Assembly (NCBI GenBank): GCA_951406725.2
Contig: OX597816.1
Location: 47,120,001-47,184,000 of the forward strand
Reading direction: 5' to 3'
Source: Octopus vulgaris
Lineage: Eukaryota
DNA: 64,000 nt
Shown here: positions 25,161 through 37,586 of the stretch, piece after piece
Layout of the letters: the number at the start of each line of letters is the position of its first letter
Numbering within the stretch: the stretch's first letter is position 1
Notes under the pieces: generated by a model
What the model saw: only the letters and a program-made list of their open reading frames with translations
What the model was told of the DNA's origin: nothing
Databases searched by the model: none
Made by a program: the position numbers and the translations under genes

Positions 25161-26251
25161 AATACATACATACACACACACATACATACACACACACACA
25201 CACACATACATGCATACATACATATACACATAAACCGAGTAAAAAATTTCAGTTATCTCTCTCTTTCACACATTACTCTCTCTGTCTCTTCACACACACT
25301 AACAGAAGCACTTCACTTACACAACATACTGTCTGTCTCCCACACTCCATCAAACACACACACACACACACACATGTACATCAATGAGTCCCATGCACGG
25401 TAACTTCAAAGGAACTTCCCTCGTCATACAATCGCTTTCTCTTAGTCTCTTTCGCTCTCATTACTTATGTAAAAAAATAAAAGTTTTTTCTATGTGTGTA
25501 AAGAGGAAGTGGGAAGCAGAGTGAAAGAATCACTCACTACAGTAAGTGAATTACTTTCATTTTATTCCTTGCCCACTGTGTGTGTGCGTTTGCGTGTGGT
25601 GTAAACCAGACTAAGAAAAGCATTTGACACACACACCAGAATGTGAGTTTTCTGTAAATTTTGCTTAATTGGAGTTTAAATTTTAAAAACTGGACCTGGC
25701 ATGACGCGATGCATTGTACTCTTAAAACTGCTAGGTAAATTGTAATTGAAGAAATCCTATATTGTAGATTTGTATAACTCCCAAAGGGAGGCAGATAAAA
25801 TCTGCCTTTTATAATAAGAGATGTATGTATATATATATGTATATATTTGTATATATATATGTATGTATATATATGTATTCATCTATGTGTATATATCTAT
25901 GCATGTATATATATGTATATACAAGCTTGTGTGTCTGGTAAATCACAGGCATAAAAAATGTTCTATTGCAATACCTTATTACTCCATTATAAGAAAGCAA
26001 TTTCTTTATAACTGCCACAAAAGATGTATTTTCTGCCTCAAAAAAGTACAAAAAACTGTCAGCTGGAGGAGGGAGAGATTGTTGGGGCTTGGTGAGAGAG
26101 GTTTACGGAGGTTGGTGAGAAAGGTTGTGTGAGATTGGCGAGAGCCAAAGACATTATTCTGCTTAGTGAAGGTATCTGGGAAATGTATAACTGTTATCGT
26201 TCACAGAAAAACTATTGTTTTACCGTTGATGACTTGGGTTTCTTTCTTTCA

Positions 26252-26336
26252 TTCCCTGATGAGAAGATTACCTTGTTTTACAACATTTTATTCCTTTTGG
26301 AATAACACCAATGTTGTCTTTGAAACATGTCAGAAG
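26252..26336 (+). ncRNA. Hammerhead-ribozyme-like motif
   Basis: TTCC-CTGATGA-GAAGA...TCTTT-GAAAC-AT-GTC-AGAA: canonical core, palindromic ACATGT helix III, GUC triplet. Confidence 0.65.
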
Positions 26337-26524
26337 TAAAAGAATTTAAATAACACCAGTGTTTAACTCTATTTATTTATTTATATGTATATATTTATAT
26401 ATATGTACATGTATATTTATATATATATGTACATGTGATATTTATATATATATATATGTATATGGACATATATATTTATATATATGTATGTAGACATATA
26501 TATTTATATATATGTATGTGTACA

Positions 26525-26568
<44 letters not shown>

Positions 26569-26649
26569 ATCCAAACAAGAAAACACAGCAACGCGAGGAC
26601 GTGGAACAATTAAAGTATTATTTGACGCTCAGGAAAGAAGGGAAGGAGG

Positions 26650-26684
26650 GTTTAACGTTTCGAGCGGAGCTCTTCGTCGGAAAC
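26650..26684 (-). ncRNA. Minimal hammerhead-like motif (variant) in a short TA-embedded element at 26565-26745
   Basis: GTTT-CCGACGA-A-GAGC tcc GCTC-GAAAC-GTT-AAAC. Confidence 0.55.
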
Positions 26685-26742
26685 AAGGAGAAGGGAAGAC
26701 AGAGGAAAAAAATATTTTTGCTGGTGGTGCTCAAGAGATCAC

Positions 26743-26787
<45 letters not shown>

Positions 26788-26929
26788 TATAGCATGGGTT
26801 GGACGGTTCGGCCAGGGTCTAGAAGCCATGGAGGCTGTATCAGGCTCTAGTCTGATTAGGCAGTGTTTCTACAGCTGGATGCCTTTGCTTTATATATAAC
26901 TATACATATGCACACATGCACGGTTGTTT

Positions 26930-27660
26930 CAAATTTTGAAACTTGTAAACAAAGACTCCTGGAATTAAAACAAATACGACTCAAGAGAAAATATCCATCA
27001 ATGTTAATATGAAATTGAGCTTGTCAAAGCTGTAGAGATTCAAGAATTGTAAGAAACAAAAAAACACTTCAAATACACCCAATACTCTATCCTTTATTTT
27101 AATGCAGAGGTCTACAGCATTATCCACCAGAACATTCTGTTACTGAGACAAGCCCCAAGGCTCATAAATGAAACAATAACTTGAAATAATTAAAAGCAGA
27201 AGACAATCAAAATACCACAAGGAACTACTCACCTGTGCCAAATGCCCCTCCACAATCCTCACACCAACAGTCAAAATGTGTTACTACCTTAACTGTGGGA
27301 CTTGCATTAATTTCATTGAAGAGAAATATAAATTTAATTCAGGACAGATTTTTACCTTAAAAAATCATTTTACCTGTTTATCAAAAAATTTGATATATGC
27401 TGGTAACTGTAAAGGATCCAATGAGGATTACATAGGTCAATCAAAACTCATTCTCAGAAATAGAGTAACTATGCATAGACAGCAAATATGAAACCCCAGT
27501 ACTAGACAGATGTCACTGCGTGGACAAATAGACAAAAAATAAGTCGTGGGCAAAAAATAAGTCTGTCCACTTTACCATTGTTCAGTCAAGACCACAGATC
27601 AAGCACAGGTAAACAAAGAAAATATATTTATAGAAAATACAAACCATGACTGAATAAGCT
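26930..27660 (+). mobile_element. Penelope-like element relic (GIY-YIG endonuclease)
   Basis: C..LNCGTC...FTCLSKNLIYAGNCKGSNEDYIGQSKLILRNRVTMHRQQI is a Cys-rich linker plus a GIY-YIG motif. Degenerate. Confidence 0.85.
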
Positions 27661-27829
27661 TTAACAAACTACGTTCACACACAAACTCATTTTACCGCTT
27701 GAATATATACAGCTAACAACCTAAACTTTGGGCACAATCAATGACTTTTCCTTGTATGACATTAACATACAAATTTAGTGGAGAACAAAATTTGACACCT
27801 GTGTTGATAGACACAAACTGTAACTATTC

Positions 27830-28700
27830 ACCCACTGGGCTTCATAGAAACAACTCCTGTCTGCTCTAGCACTTGAGAGATTAAATTTAGAAAGCCTTGT
27901 TTTGGGACTGTCACTAGACATTCATTCAATTGTCTGCCTTCATTTTTGCATAAAAAATATAGCCACATGATATTAATGCATAGCTGTAGTAGCAAAAAAC
28001 CTGCGAAAATTTCTAAGGCTAGCATTCAGATGCTCTGTTTGTAATGGGCATGAGCAGTAATTCTTGCATTGTTAGTAGCTCAAAGTGGGTAATTCCAATG
28101 CAATCTCACCAAACAGAAAGAACAACACTTTTAACATGGAGGTCCTGTTCTCCACAACTAAGCCATTGCCTGCATCTCCTAGCATTTTTATTAAATAGTT
28201 CATTTTTCATCAGCAGTCTCTAATCTTTTCTAAAAATGGTGAGATATGTTCATGAGAGTAAAAAGATGAACAAATATTCACTCGTGATTTTTGGTTGGCT
28301 TCTGTCAAATCAATTCCTCAACTGACACAGTATTATCCCTCTCAAGCTCTGACGAAAGAAGCTCATCATCAAATTCAACATGATGTCCTATTTGTAGCCT
28401 CTCTCTTAAGTGAAAATCACTATTTTTGGACTTTGCAAATCATCTTCTGCAACTTCTTTCTTTCAAGCATTGTTCCCCACAAATAGAATGGATATTTTTG
28501 GTTGCACTGTTTCTGTTTTTGAACTCATAAAGCATTAAATGCACTAAATGTTCCTTTGATATGTCCATCTTTGAGGAGTTAATATTAGTAATTAATTCAG
28601 TTCGATTTTTCTGTAAAAAGGAATTATATTAAGTTATAAGTTTCCAAATTCATATGTTTATCAATCAATACCATTTGACATTTTCGAATACTGTAAAATT
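27830..28700 (-). mobile_element. Decayed mariner transposase
   Basis: From ATG at 28568: MDISKEHLVHLMLYEFKNRNSATKNIHSICGEQCLKERSCRR*FAK, then PFLEKI..TADEK* and LSVW*D remnants. Confidence 0.75.
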
Positions 28701-28957
28701 TGATTGAAATTACATATATGATATTTTGGGCATTTTTTATGGGACTACCTGATACATATATGATGAAGATGATATGTGTGTGTGTGTGTGTGTATCAACA
28801 TCATCATCATCATCGTTTAACGTCCGCTTTCCATGCTAGCATGAGTTGGACGATTTGACTGAGGGCTCGCGAACCAGATGGCTGCACCAGGCTTCAATCT
28901 TGATCTGGCAGAGTTTCTACAGCTGGATGCCCTTCCTAACGCCAACTACTCCGAGAG

Positions 28958-29030
<73 letters not shown>

Positions 29031-32000
29031 TACATGTATACACACATACAGAGAAAAAGTTGATAATTTTTGTTCTATAGATGTAAATAGCATTTAATGT
29101 CCATGTTTGACTTGGACATTTTGACAGGATATGATTGGTCTAAAGACTGCATTATGATTTAAAAAATTTTCCTAAATTAACATGCCATTAAGGAAAAGGA
29201 AAGGCATATTGTCTGGAGATAATGGAGACATTAGTGGACATGAGTTTTTGTCTCAGTTGGCATCATCAGTATGACAATTGTCTAAGCTTATCTCCAGTGA
29301 CCAAGGGACTTAGACACATATAAAAAGAGTTGAAGACATTTATAGCTTATGTAATTTGTTTAGTTTAAAACAAAAATAGGCTTAGAGAAATACGCACTCA
29401 CACACACACACACTGAAATGTATATATGTATGATTAAAATTGTGAAGATATCCTTCAGTTAGTGCAGCACAAGTGCAGAATCAAAACTTAGTTAAAAGTC
29501 TCATTAATACAGTAGTGTTTTAGCAAAGCCAGGTAATACAGTACCTTTTATCACAATCTTTTCAACCAATCAAATTAACTGCTGCTTTTTTCTACATTAT
29601 TTACTAAACAATGAATCATTCTATGAATAATGAATGTACATATTTACACACACTCTCATACAGTCAGATCTACACACTCATTCTGGTATATTTACAGCCA
29701 GTCACACTGAGGCACATTGCTACACAGAAACACATCTATACTGTACACACAAAAACACAGTTATGCCGTGCATAGGACCATACATACACTTATCTGTATA
29801 AGTATGTATGTGTGGGGTACATTAGTCATTATTATTATCAATTGCTGTACGTTTTATGAATAAAAATAAATTGACAGTATCTTTCTTTTACTTGTTTCTG
29901 TTTAGTTTGTGGCCATGCTGGGGCACTGCCTCGAAGAATTTTTAGTTGAATGTATCGACCTCAGTACTTAGTTTTTTAAAGCTTGGTACTTATTCTATCA
30001 GTCTCTTTTGTTGAACTGCTAAGTTATGGGGATGTAAACACATCAGCACTGGTTGTCAAGCATTATTTAAAAAAGTACTTCAGTAACATTTGGTCCACTC
30101 TACTCAAATTTATATTCAGTGTATTGTTCTTTATATTAATATTTGTGCAAAATATGACAGTAGTATTAGTTTTAGCTGGAAATAATATTAGTCATTGATT
30201 CTAGGTTTCTCTGAACTGCTTGATTTTTTTCTGTCTTCTTTTTGAAAAGGGGAACTCTTTACGCTGGTATCTTATAGGGTCATTTAAACAATTTAAGTGC
30301 GATAATACAATGATATACTAGTAATATGCAGATCAACTACAAAAGTAACTTTAAAAAGATTTCTTTGTCCTTATCTTTTACAATTATGATCAAGCAGTAA
30401 TTACTCAACTGGTCCTAATAAAAAAAAAAAACATTCTTAGGCATGAGGCACTGCTGTTTCCATTTCTATCTCTGGGTCCCTGGGAAGATGAAAGCTTAGT
30501 CCTGCTAGCTTATACATTGTAGAATGCTTTTACCATTTGGTAAAATGCCATAGAAAACTGTGCCTGTTATATAACTTTTAGTTTGTTTGCAATGATAAAC
30601 TGCGTCTCTTATGTCCTCTACCTCTTGAGAAATGGACTGCCTTTTTATTCCAGGTCTAGATTTTGTTCAGTTCTCCTCTTTGACTACAAATCTTCATTTT
30701 TTTCATATTAAACTCTTCTTTTTGTATGGAGATCTTTGAAAAGAATGCTACTTGTTTTCCTCCTTGTCTACATGTGCATATTGTTCTTTGAAGCCATTAT
30801 TCTATTATTATCTATCTGTCCTTCAACAATTCCAGCATTCTTCCAAAGTTTATTTTTTATCAATGCTGTTTATTCATCAAACTGTGGAAATAAACTTGAG
30901 ATATTTTTGTATTTAAATAGTTTATATTTTGATGTTCTCTTGTGTCAGACTAAATCAGTTGACATTTTAGATAACCTCTGCCCTGAAGTTGTAATAGGTG
31001 TAATTTATTTGGTGCGAAAAGAGTTAAAACATCTAGACATATTGAGATGGCAACATGCCAAGTTTTGTTTAGTTTGTAAAAGCTTCAACTATTCCTACAT
31101 TGAGATAATTTTATGAGGTATGTATGTTTTTGATGTGTTTGTCAAAAGTAAAAGTGGTAATTAGTGGATATGAGAATACATAAACAGATATACAGATTAA
31201 TTGCCCTGCCACAGCTTAATGACGAACTAGCATGTTTTGAATTTATAAAATTATGACCAATAATCCACCCTCACAACTTCAACATCTCTGAAATGATCAA
31301 CTTTAAGAACTTTCATTAGATGCAATCATATTATCACATACTTTATCGCCTGTTTTTAAATGCTAGTACAAGTTTGGTTAGTTAACTCTGTTGAAAAGCT
31401 ATTTTTCAATTGGGATCAAATAAAGATGATTTTGTGATAAAAGGAATGTCAAAAAATGGAAGCTTAGAATCTCATTTTAAGTGATCTTATTTGACCAAGT
31501 TTTTCATGGAGTCCCATCAAGTTCTTAAAGACTGGTTCTTTTGGAAGGTAGTTTAAAAGGCTCTGAGTAAGATGATTACTACATTTATCATCACCATAAG
31601 CCACATTAAATAAAGAAAAGGCTTGAGAATGGATACTTGTAGGTTATACAAGAATTGTCAATTTATATGTTTAGCTTTCTTGTATCAAGAACATTAAATA
31701 AACTTGGTGTATTTTGAATAGAGGAAAATTCATTATATTCATATGCATATGCATTCTGTTTTAGACAGGCAAGTGATACAAATGCACTTATAGCTAATGA
31801 AAAGAAGAGAATTGTATGGAAAGATTTCCTGTGAAAGAATAAAGATACCAAACTCTTCTCTATTTGGTCTTTTTTAACTAGCATTTATTGTGATGTATAA
31901 TAGGCTAAATTATTTTAAAGTATTTCATCTGGCACCTAAAAAGCACCCACTACACTCACGGAGTGGTTGGCATTAGGAAGGGCATCCAGCTGTAGAAACA

Positions 32001-33988
32001 TTGCCAGATCAGACTGGGCCTGGTGCAGCCTTCTGGCTCCCCAGACCCCAGTTGAACCGTCCAACCCATGCTAGCATGGAAAGCGGATGCTAAACGATGA
32101 TGATGATTAAGTATTACAATCCCTGTATAGTATTGTATATCTGCATGACAGATATGTGCACACAAAGTGGTTGATACTTTGCTCTTCTTATAAAAAATTA
32201 TATAAAGTGTTGACACACTATGAGTTTGATTAAATGAAGGACAAGGATCATAGTAACTTCTATGAACAATAAAAGATGGAAAATAGCATTACAAGCAGAA
32301 AAGAATTCAAATGTGAGTGAAGAAAATGAACTGTGAAACAAAAATCGAAGTTCGAAAACAGAAATTATTACCAAGTTTACCATTTATTGGTTTATTTGTT
32401 TGATGCAGTCAAGTTTTTGGAAATTACCATGAACTCATCATCATCATCGTTTAAAGTCTGTTTTCCATGCTAGCATGGGTTGGACGGTTTGACTATGTCT
32501 GTTTATTTTTATATTTTATATGGAGTGAACTGGGTTACAGTTTTTTATAGCTGTTTGTTGTTGAATACTGACAATTACAGTGGTAGTAGCAACCCATAGA
32601 ACTGCTGGATACTGGGGCAGATGTAGCTTGGATTTCAAAAATTTCATAGGATACTTGCAGGTGCAAATAAACACCATTCATCATCACTGGGTCATGGACC
32701 AGATGCATTTTGGATCTTTTACACCAGGAGTTCTATCTCATCATAGCCTCACAAGTTGGGATAATGATATTGAGGTCCTTGTGTTGTAGGTGCTATGTTG
32801 GAGCATCCCTTGATGGATGACCTAACAAGGCTAATGATTTCCATCTGGCTGTCCCTCTTTTAGGCTGGTTGCCAACCAAATCTGATGAGACCAGCCTATT
32901 TCTCTGGAATTTCTAGATTGTTGTTGAGCCAAAGCTAGGTTCATCTATCCTTTTGACAAGTATGGTTTCTATTCTACTGAGTTTCTAGCAACCCTCCTCA
33001 CCATTTAACATGGTGGAGAGATGCCAGTTTAGTCACCATTGACCTAACCATGCTACAAACAGTTGTGATACATGTTAACATGTAAGAGACCTAATGATTC
33101 CTTTGAAGAACTTTTTGGTTTGGTCATGCACTTTTTTATCCATAGATTGAACTTATCCATGAAGCAGTCATCTCATTCTCTCTCAGGAAGGCATAGCTTT
33201 TTAAAATATTCTTACACATGCGTATTAAATATTTTTTGATTATGTAAGCTTTTCGTTAATGTGACACACAGCAAAATTTTTAGTATTTTATGCTAAAAGC
33301 ATTAAATTGTGATATCTTGTATTAGTAATAATGGATCAAAGGCAGGAAACTGAAATAAGAAATGGAGTGAGGGGCGACTGGACAGTTTGTTGGTTTATGT
33401 AACCAAGATAGAGAGGAGGCACTAGTTTACATTTGGAGTGAGCTAACTGCAGAAGTTCTATATTGGAACTAGAATTTTTGATCAACTTTTCCATTTCATG
33501 GAACATTTGTAATATAGTATTTTACAATCAAAAGTTAAACAATTATTTTTCAAACACTTAGTATGTGAATAGGTTTTTATTGCTTTATAATTTTTTTGTT
33601 TAATGTGGTCAAGTAGTAGAAATGATAATGCCATAATAAATGTCTTGCAGTATTTAGTCAAGTCCATTTACATTCTGGATATCCATCTTGCTGCAGTTAA
33701 TATTGTCTTTCATCTTGCTGCAATCAATGAAAAGAATACTGGTTAAGTACTGGAATCAATTTAGTTGGCTATACTCAATCTGTACAAACTTGTGATCTTG
33801 TACCTATTTAAGAAATCATTATTTTTCAATAATATAATGTATTGTTTCAAAAATCTGTATTTTTTATACCGTATTTTTTAAGGTATTTTAAAATTTGCTT
33901 TTCATATGTCTTACCTATTTTTTACATAAATGTTTCTTTTTTTTTTTTCTTCAGCAGGTAAAAAGCTTTAAATATAAGCTGTATCCTG

Positions 33989-35050
33989 ATGGAGACATCA
34001 GTCAGCAATACTTCTTGGGAAGATGAAGCAAAGTCAGATGAAGCTTCTTCCAGTGAAGAAAGTGAACATGACAACAAGAGTGATTTTGGAGAAGAGGAAG
34101 AAGAGGAGGAGGAAGAAGAAAGCAGGGATGAGGATGCATCTGACGGTATGATACAAGACAATGCCTCTGATGGTATGGTACAAGACAATGCCTCTGATGG
34201 TATTGTACAAGACAATGCCTCTGATGGTATGGTACAAGACAATGCCTCTGATGGTATGGTACAAGACAATGCCTCTGATGGTATGGTACAAGACAATGCA
34301 TCTGATGGTATGATGCAAGACAATGCATCCGACAGTGTGATACAAGACAATGTGTCGCTTTCAAAAGATATCGAGGATAATGTACCTGAGGAAAATGCAT
34401 CAGCTGATGATAAGATCTTGTTTGATAACAGTGACAATGCTGACACAAGTTGTGAAAAAGATGATGATAGTTTTGCTGAGGATAATGAAGAATTAGATGA
34501 TGTAAAAAAAAAGGCAGCTACAGATGTAGGTAATAAGTCGTCAGATGTTTTGAATGAAACTGAAGTAACCGAATGTAATGAAGAAAAACAAGATGTAGAT
34601 GATGCTAATACTGATGAAGTTGAACAAAATAATTTAGCTGATTCTAGCAATGAAGAAGGATTTGGTGGGAATTCTTCAAATGAAAATTTGTCTGAGTCAG
34701 AGCTTAAAGCAACATCATCAGTACCTACATCTAGCAATGATAAGGATAAGGATGTTAAAGAAGTTGTTGAAAATTCAAAGCAAACTGAACCTAGTTTTGA
34801 TACAGAGAATGAGCAAAATGCTAATGAAGACAGTGTAAAAATTAGTCCAATTGAACACAGGTTAAGTGAGAAGAGAATAGTTAAAATCCGTGATAGTGGC
34901 ATTCTTCCACAACCATCTCTATCAGAAGAACACGTGGAGTTGGATTATGATGAAGAAGATATGGAAGAAACATCAGCAAGAACAGTTTCTATGGAAGTAA
35001 AAACTGACAAGGAGGAAAAAGATGAAGGAGAATGGGAGAAAGAGAAAAAG
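33989..35050 (+). CDS. ZC3H18: ZC3H18 coding exon 1 (acidic N-terminal IDR)
   Basis: 354-codon acidic ORF after a CAGCAG acceptor. Contains VELDYDEE and ends in AAG|GTAAG. Confidence 0.88.
34133..34352 (+). repeat. Coding 27-bp minisatellite (QDNASDGMV) x about 8
   Basis: CAAGACAATGCCTCTGATGGTATGGTA tandem units, in frame. Confidence 0.95.
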
Positions 35051-35790
35051 GTAAGACCAGATTGTTTTTCATTTTCTAATCAGTCACAAGACAACAAATT
35101 AGTCTTTGGGCTATTTATGAGCAAAGAGCTGGAGAGGTTAGGCGAATGGGTTCTTTTAATAGAGAAGGTTAGGACAGTTGAACATCAGATTAAAGGTTTT
35201 AATATGGTAAGTCCTCACTGATCTAAGATTGACTCTAGAATGTAATGTTGAATAATGAAAAGTATCACTTCAATATCTTGTTGATTTGAAGCATCCATAA
35301 AATTGTCCTAAAAATTTGCTGTTGCTAGGCTTTTAGCTAGCATATATGTATGTATACATGAACATATGTATATGAATATGTTTGTGCGCATTGTGTGTGT
35401 ATTTATACACATACATATACGTGTTGTGTATGTATGTGTGTGTATATATATAACCATAATATTAGTGCCAAGCAGTGTTTAGGTTAGTTAAAATATGTTT
35501 GTGACATGTTTCTGGAGTAGTAAATCTTTCTGGATATTGAAGAAAATGTAAATTATTTTTTAATTGTTATGAGGTAGTTATAAATATTATTTTCTGTTAT
35601 TGACAGCCATTCTAAGCATAAATTTATCTTTGTTTTATTTTTATATCATTTACTGATTTCTTTTTTTTTTTTTTTTCAACTTGGTTAAAAACCTCCTCTC
35701 TTATTTTTATATTTAATCTTCATTCTTTTATTAAATGTGTTTATATAATTACAACATCAAATGGTAAACAATCTTGTCTTTATTTTGAAG

Positions 35791-35832
35791 GAGGCTGTGT
35801 TATCAGATAGAGATGATGGAGAAGTGGATGAT
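35791..35832 (+). CDS. ZC3H18: ZC3H18 coding exon 2
   Basis: EAVLSDRDDGEVDD, AG/GTAAGT, phase 0/0. Resembles vertebrate 'DDGEIDD'. Confidence 0.85.
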
Positions 35833-37444
35833 GTAAGTGTGCATTTTCGTTTTCAAGTTTTATTTTTATTGTTTTCAATCTTTGTTATGGTTGTTGTTGA
35901 TAAGGCACCAAACTACGGATGGCATAGTCATTAGTTTGACTCTGCTACAACCACTTGACTTAATTGACTAATTAGCAGTCTTTTGTTAATGAATGGTTAA
36001 TAGCAGGAAAGGCAAACTCCAGTAATGTGTAATAATCCAAAATTGAAAAAGCAAGCACATTCTGATCTTGTTTCTGAAGAAGAAAGTAAATTGTTAAAAG
36101 AAGGGAGAATGATAGCATGGAAGATATGAAGTTAATATTTAGTTCTATGAAGTAAACATTTTCCTGAATTCTCATTTTAATCTATAGGCTGTTTGTAATA
36201 CTGGAAAAATTTATTGATTTTAGCAACTGTGTTAACTAATGGGAGAATATATAAATTAGCATATGTTTGTTGTTGGTGCCTTTTGCTTTTAGTCATCATC
36301 ATTATCTATCCATCTTCCATTTCATGAGGAATTGCTACATGCAGCTTTGATAATAGTTGTCTGTGTGATTAAGTTCACATTCTAACTACATAGCTTCAGG
36401 TTCACTTTGATTGTGTGGCCTGCTGTGTAAGTGTCTTCTACTACAGTTCCAGGCCGACCTTAGCTTTGAACTTTGTGAATGGATTTGGTTGACAGAAACT
36501 AAAAGAAGCCTCTGTGTGTGTGTGTGTTTCCTTGGCTTGACACTGTATAGTAGATGTCAGTGAATATTATCAGCATCAAATTCTGTCCTTTTGTTTCCAA
36601 TAATCTGTGAAAACCTGTCTGGCCATGAGGTAACATTACCTTGCTTAGAAACAGGTGAGGTTTAGTGACATGAAGGGAATCTGGCCATAGATAAATCTGC
36701 TGTAATGAATTCCGTCTGACCCATCCAAGCATGGAAAAATGGACAGTAAAAATGATGATGATGATGATGATGGAATAGAGGCTTTTTTTTTTCTCAAATG
36801 TACTTTCAACTAAAGAATTAAGGAAACATTTCATGAAAGGGTTAGTTTAAAAGTATGTGGTATCACATGAGCTAAAATAACAAAAATTCATTCCTTGTAA
36901 ACTTTGCATTCTAAACAATTTACATGTTAAAAGGTCAATTTTGTCAACTGTTTCTTCTAAAATTTCTGGTCTTGTTCCAGAAATATTAGAAATTGTTGGT
37001 AGAATCATTAGAGCATCAAACAAAATGTTTTGCTGCTATATTTACTTCTGTTGATATCAACTTTGCCTTTCATCCTTTTTTGGGTTGAGAAAATGAAGCA
37101 ACAGCCAAATACTGGAGTTGGTATAATTAGTTGTTCTCTTTCCCCCCAGCAAATTTCTGGCTTTGTGCCTATATGGGGAAATTATTAAAAATATGGCCTA
37201 ATTGATAGTTGTTAGTGTGTTGGGTACAATACCTTGCAGTTCTGGCTCTCTGAGATTGGAGTTCAGATCCTGCTGAGATAAACTTGGCCTCCCATCTTTC
37301 CAGAAGTAGTAAAATAAAGTACAAGTCCTGTATTGGAGTTGATTTAGTTGACTAACCCCCTTTCCTGCTTTTCAGGCTTTGTGCTTATGTTACAAACAAT
37401 TATTATTCTGTAGCAAATAAATTATTATTATTATATTTTTGAAG

Positions 37445-37586
37445 GATGATGATTGTGAAGAAGGTGAAATACGTGAACCTGGCAGCAAGAAACCATTCCA
37501 AAAGCCACTTTGCCGATTCTTTTCCAAAGGTCACTGTACATGGGGTGCTTCCTGTAGATTTTTACATCCAGGAGTCAATGATAAAG
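37445..37586 (+). CDS. ZC3H18: ZC3H18 coding exon 3 (CCCH zinc finger)
   Basis: EEGEIREPG...CRFFSKGHCTWGASCRFLHPGVNDKG matches ZC3H18 'CRFFMKGNCTWGMNCRFIHPGVNDKG'. Confidence 0.96.

Noticed and set aside
28345-28380. Other CTGANGA matches (28349, 32882, 39019, 44714, 61273) as hammerheads
   Set aside because: No paired stem II followed by GAAAC and a cleavage triplet. Two lie inside mariner or RTE-like sequence.
30400-31640. Possible decayed coding or TE relic on the minus strand (also 7590-8270 on plus)
   Set aside because: Composition looks ex-coding, but I could not recognise diagnostic motifs, so it is left unclassified.
34133-34352. CRISPR-like regular repeats
   Set aside because: Contiguous 27-bp units with no spacers, in frame in a eukaryotic exon, and no cas genes.
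33922-34902. 326-aa Ser/Leu-rich minus-strand ORF
   Set aside because: Antisense shadow of the acidic ZC3H18 exon.
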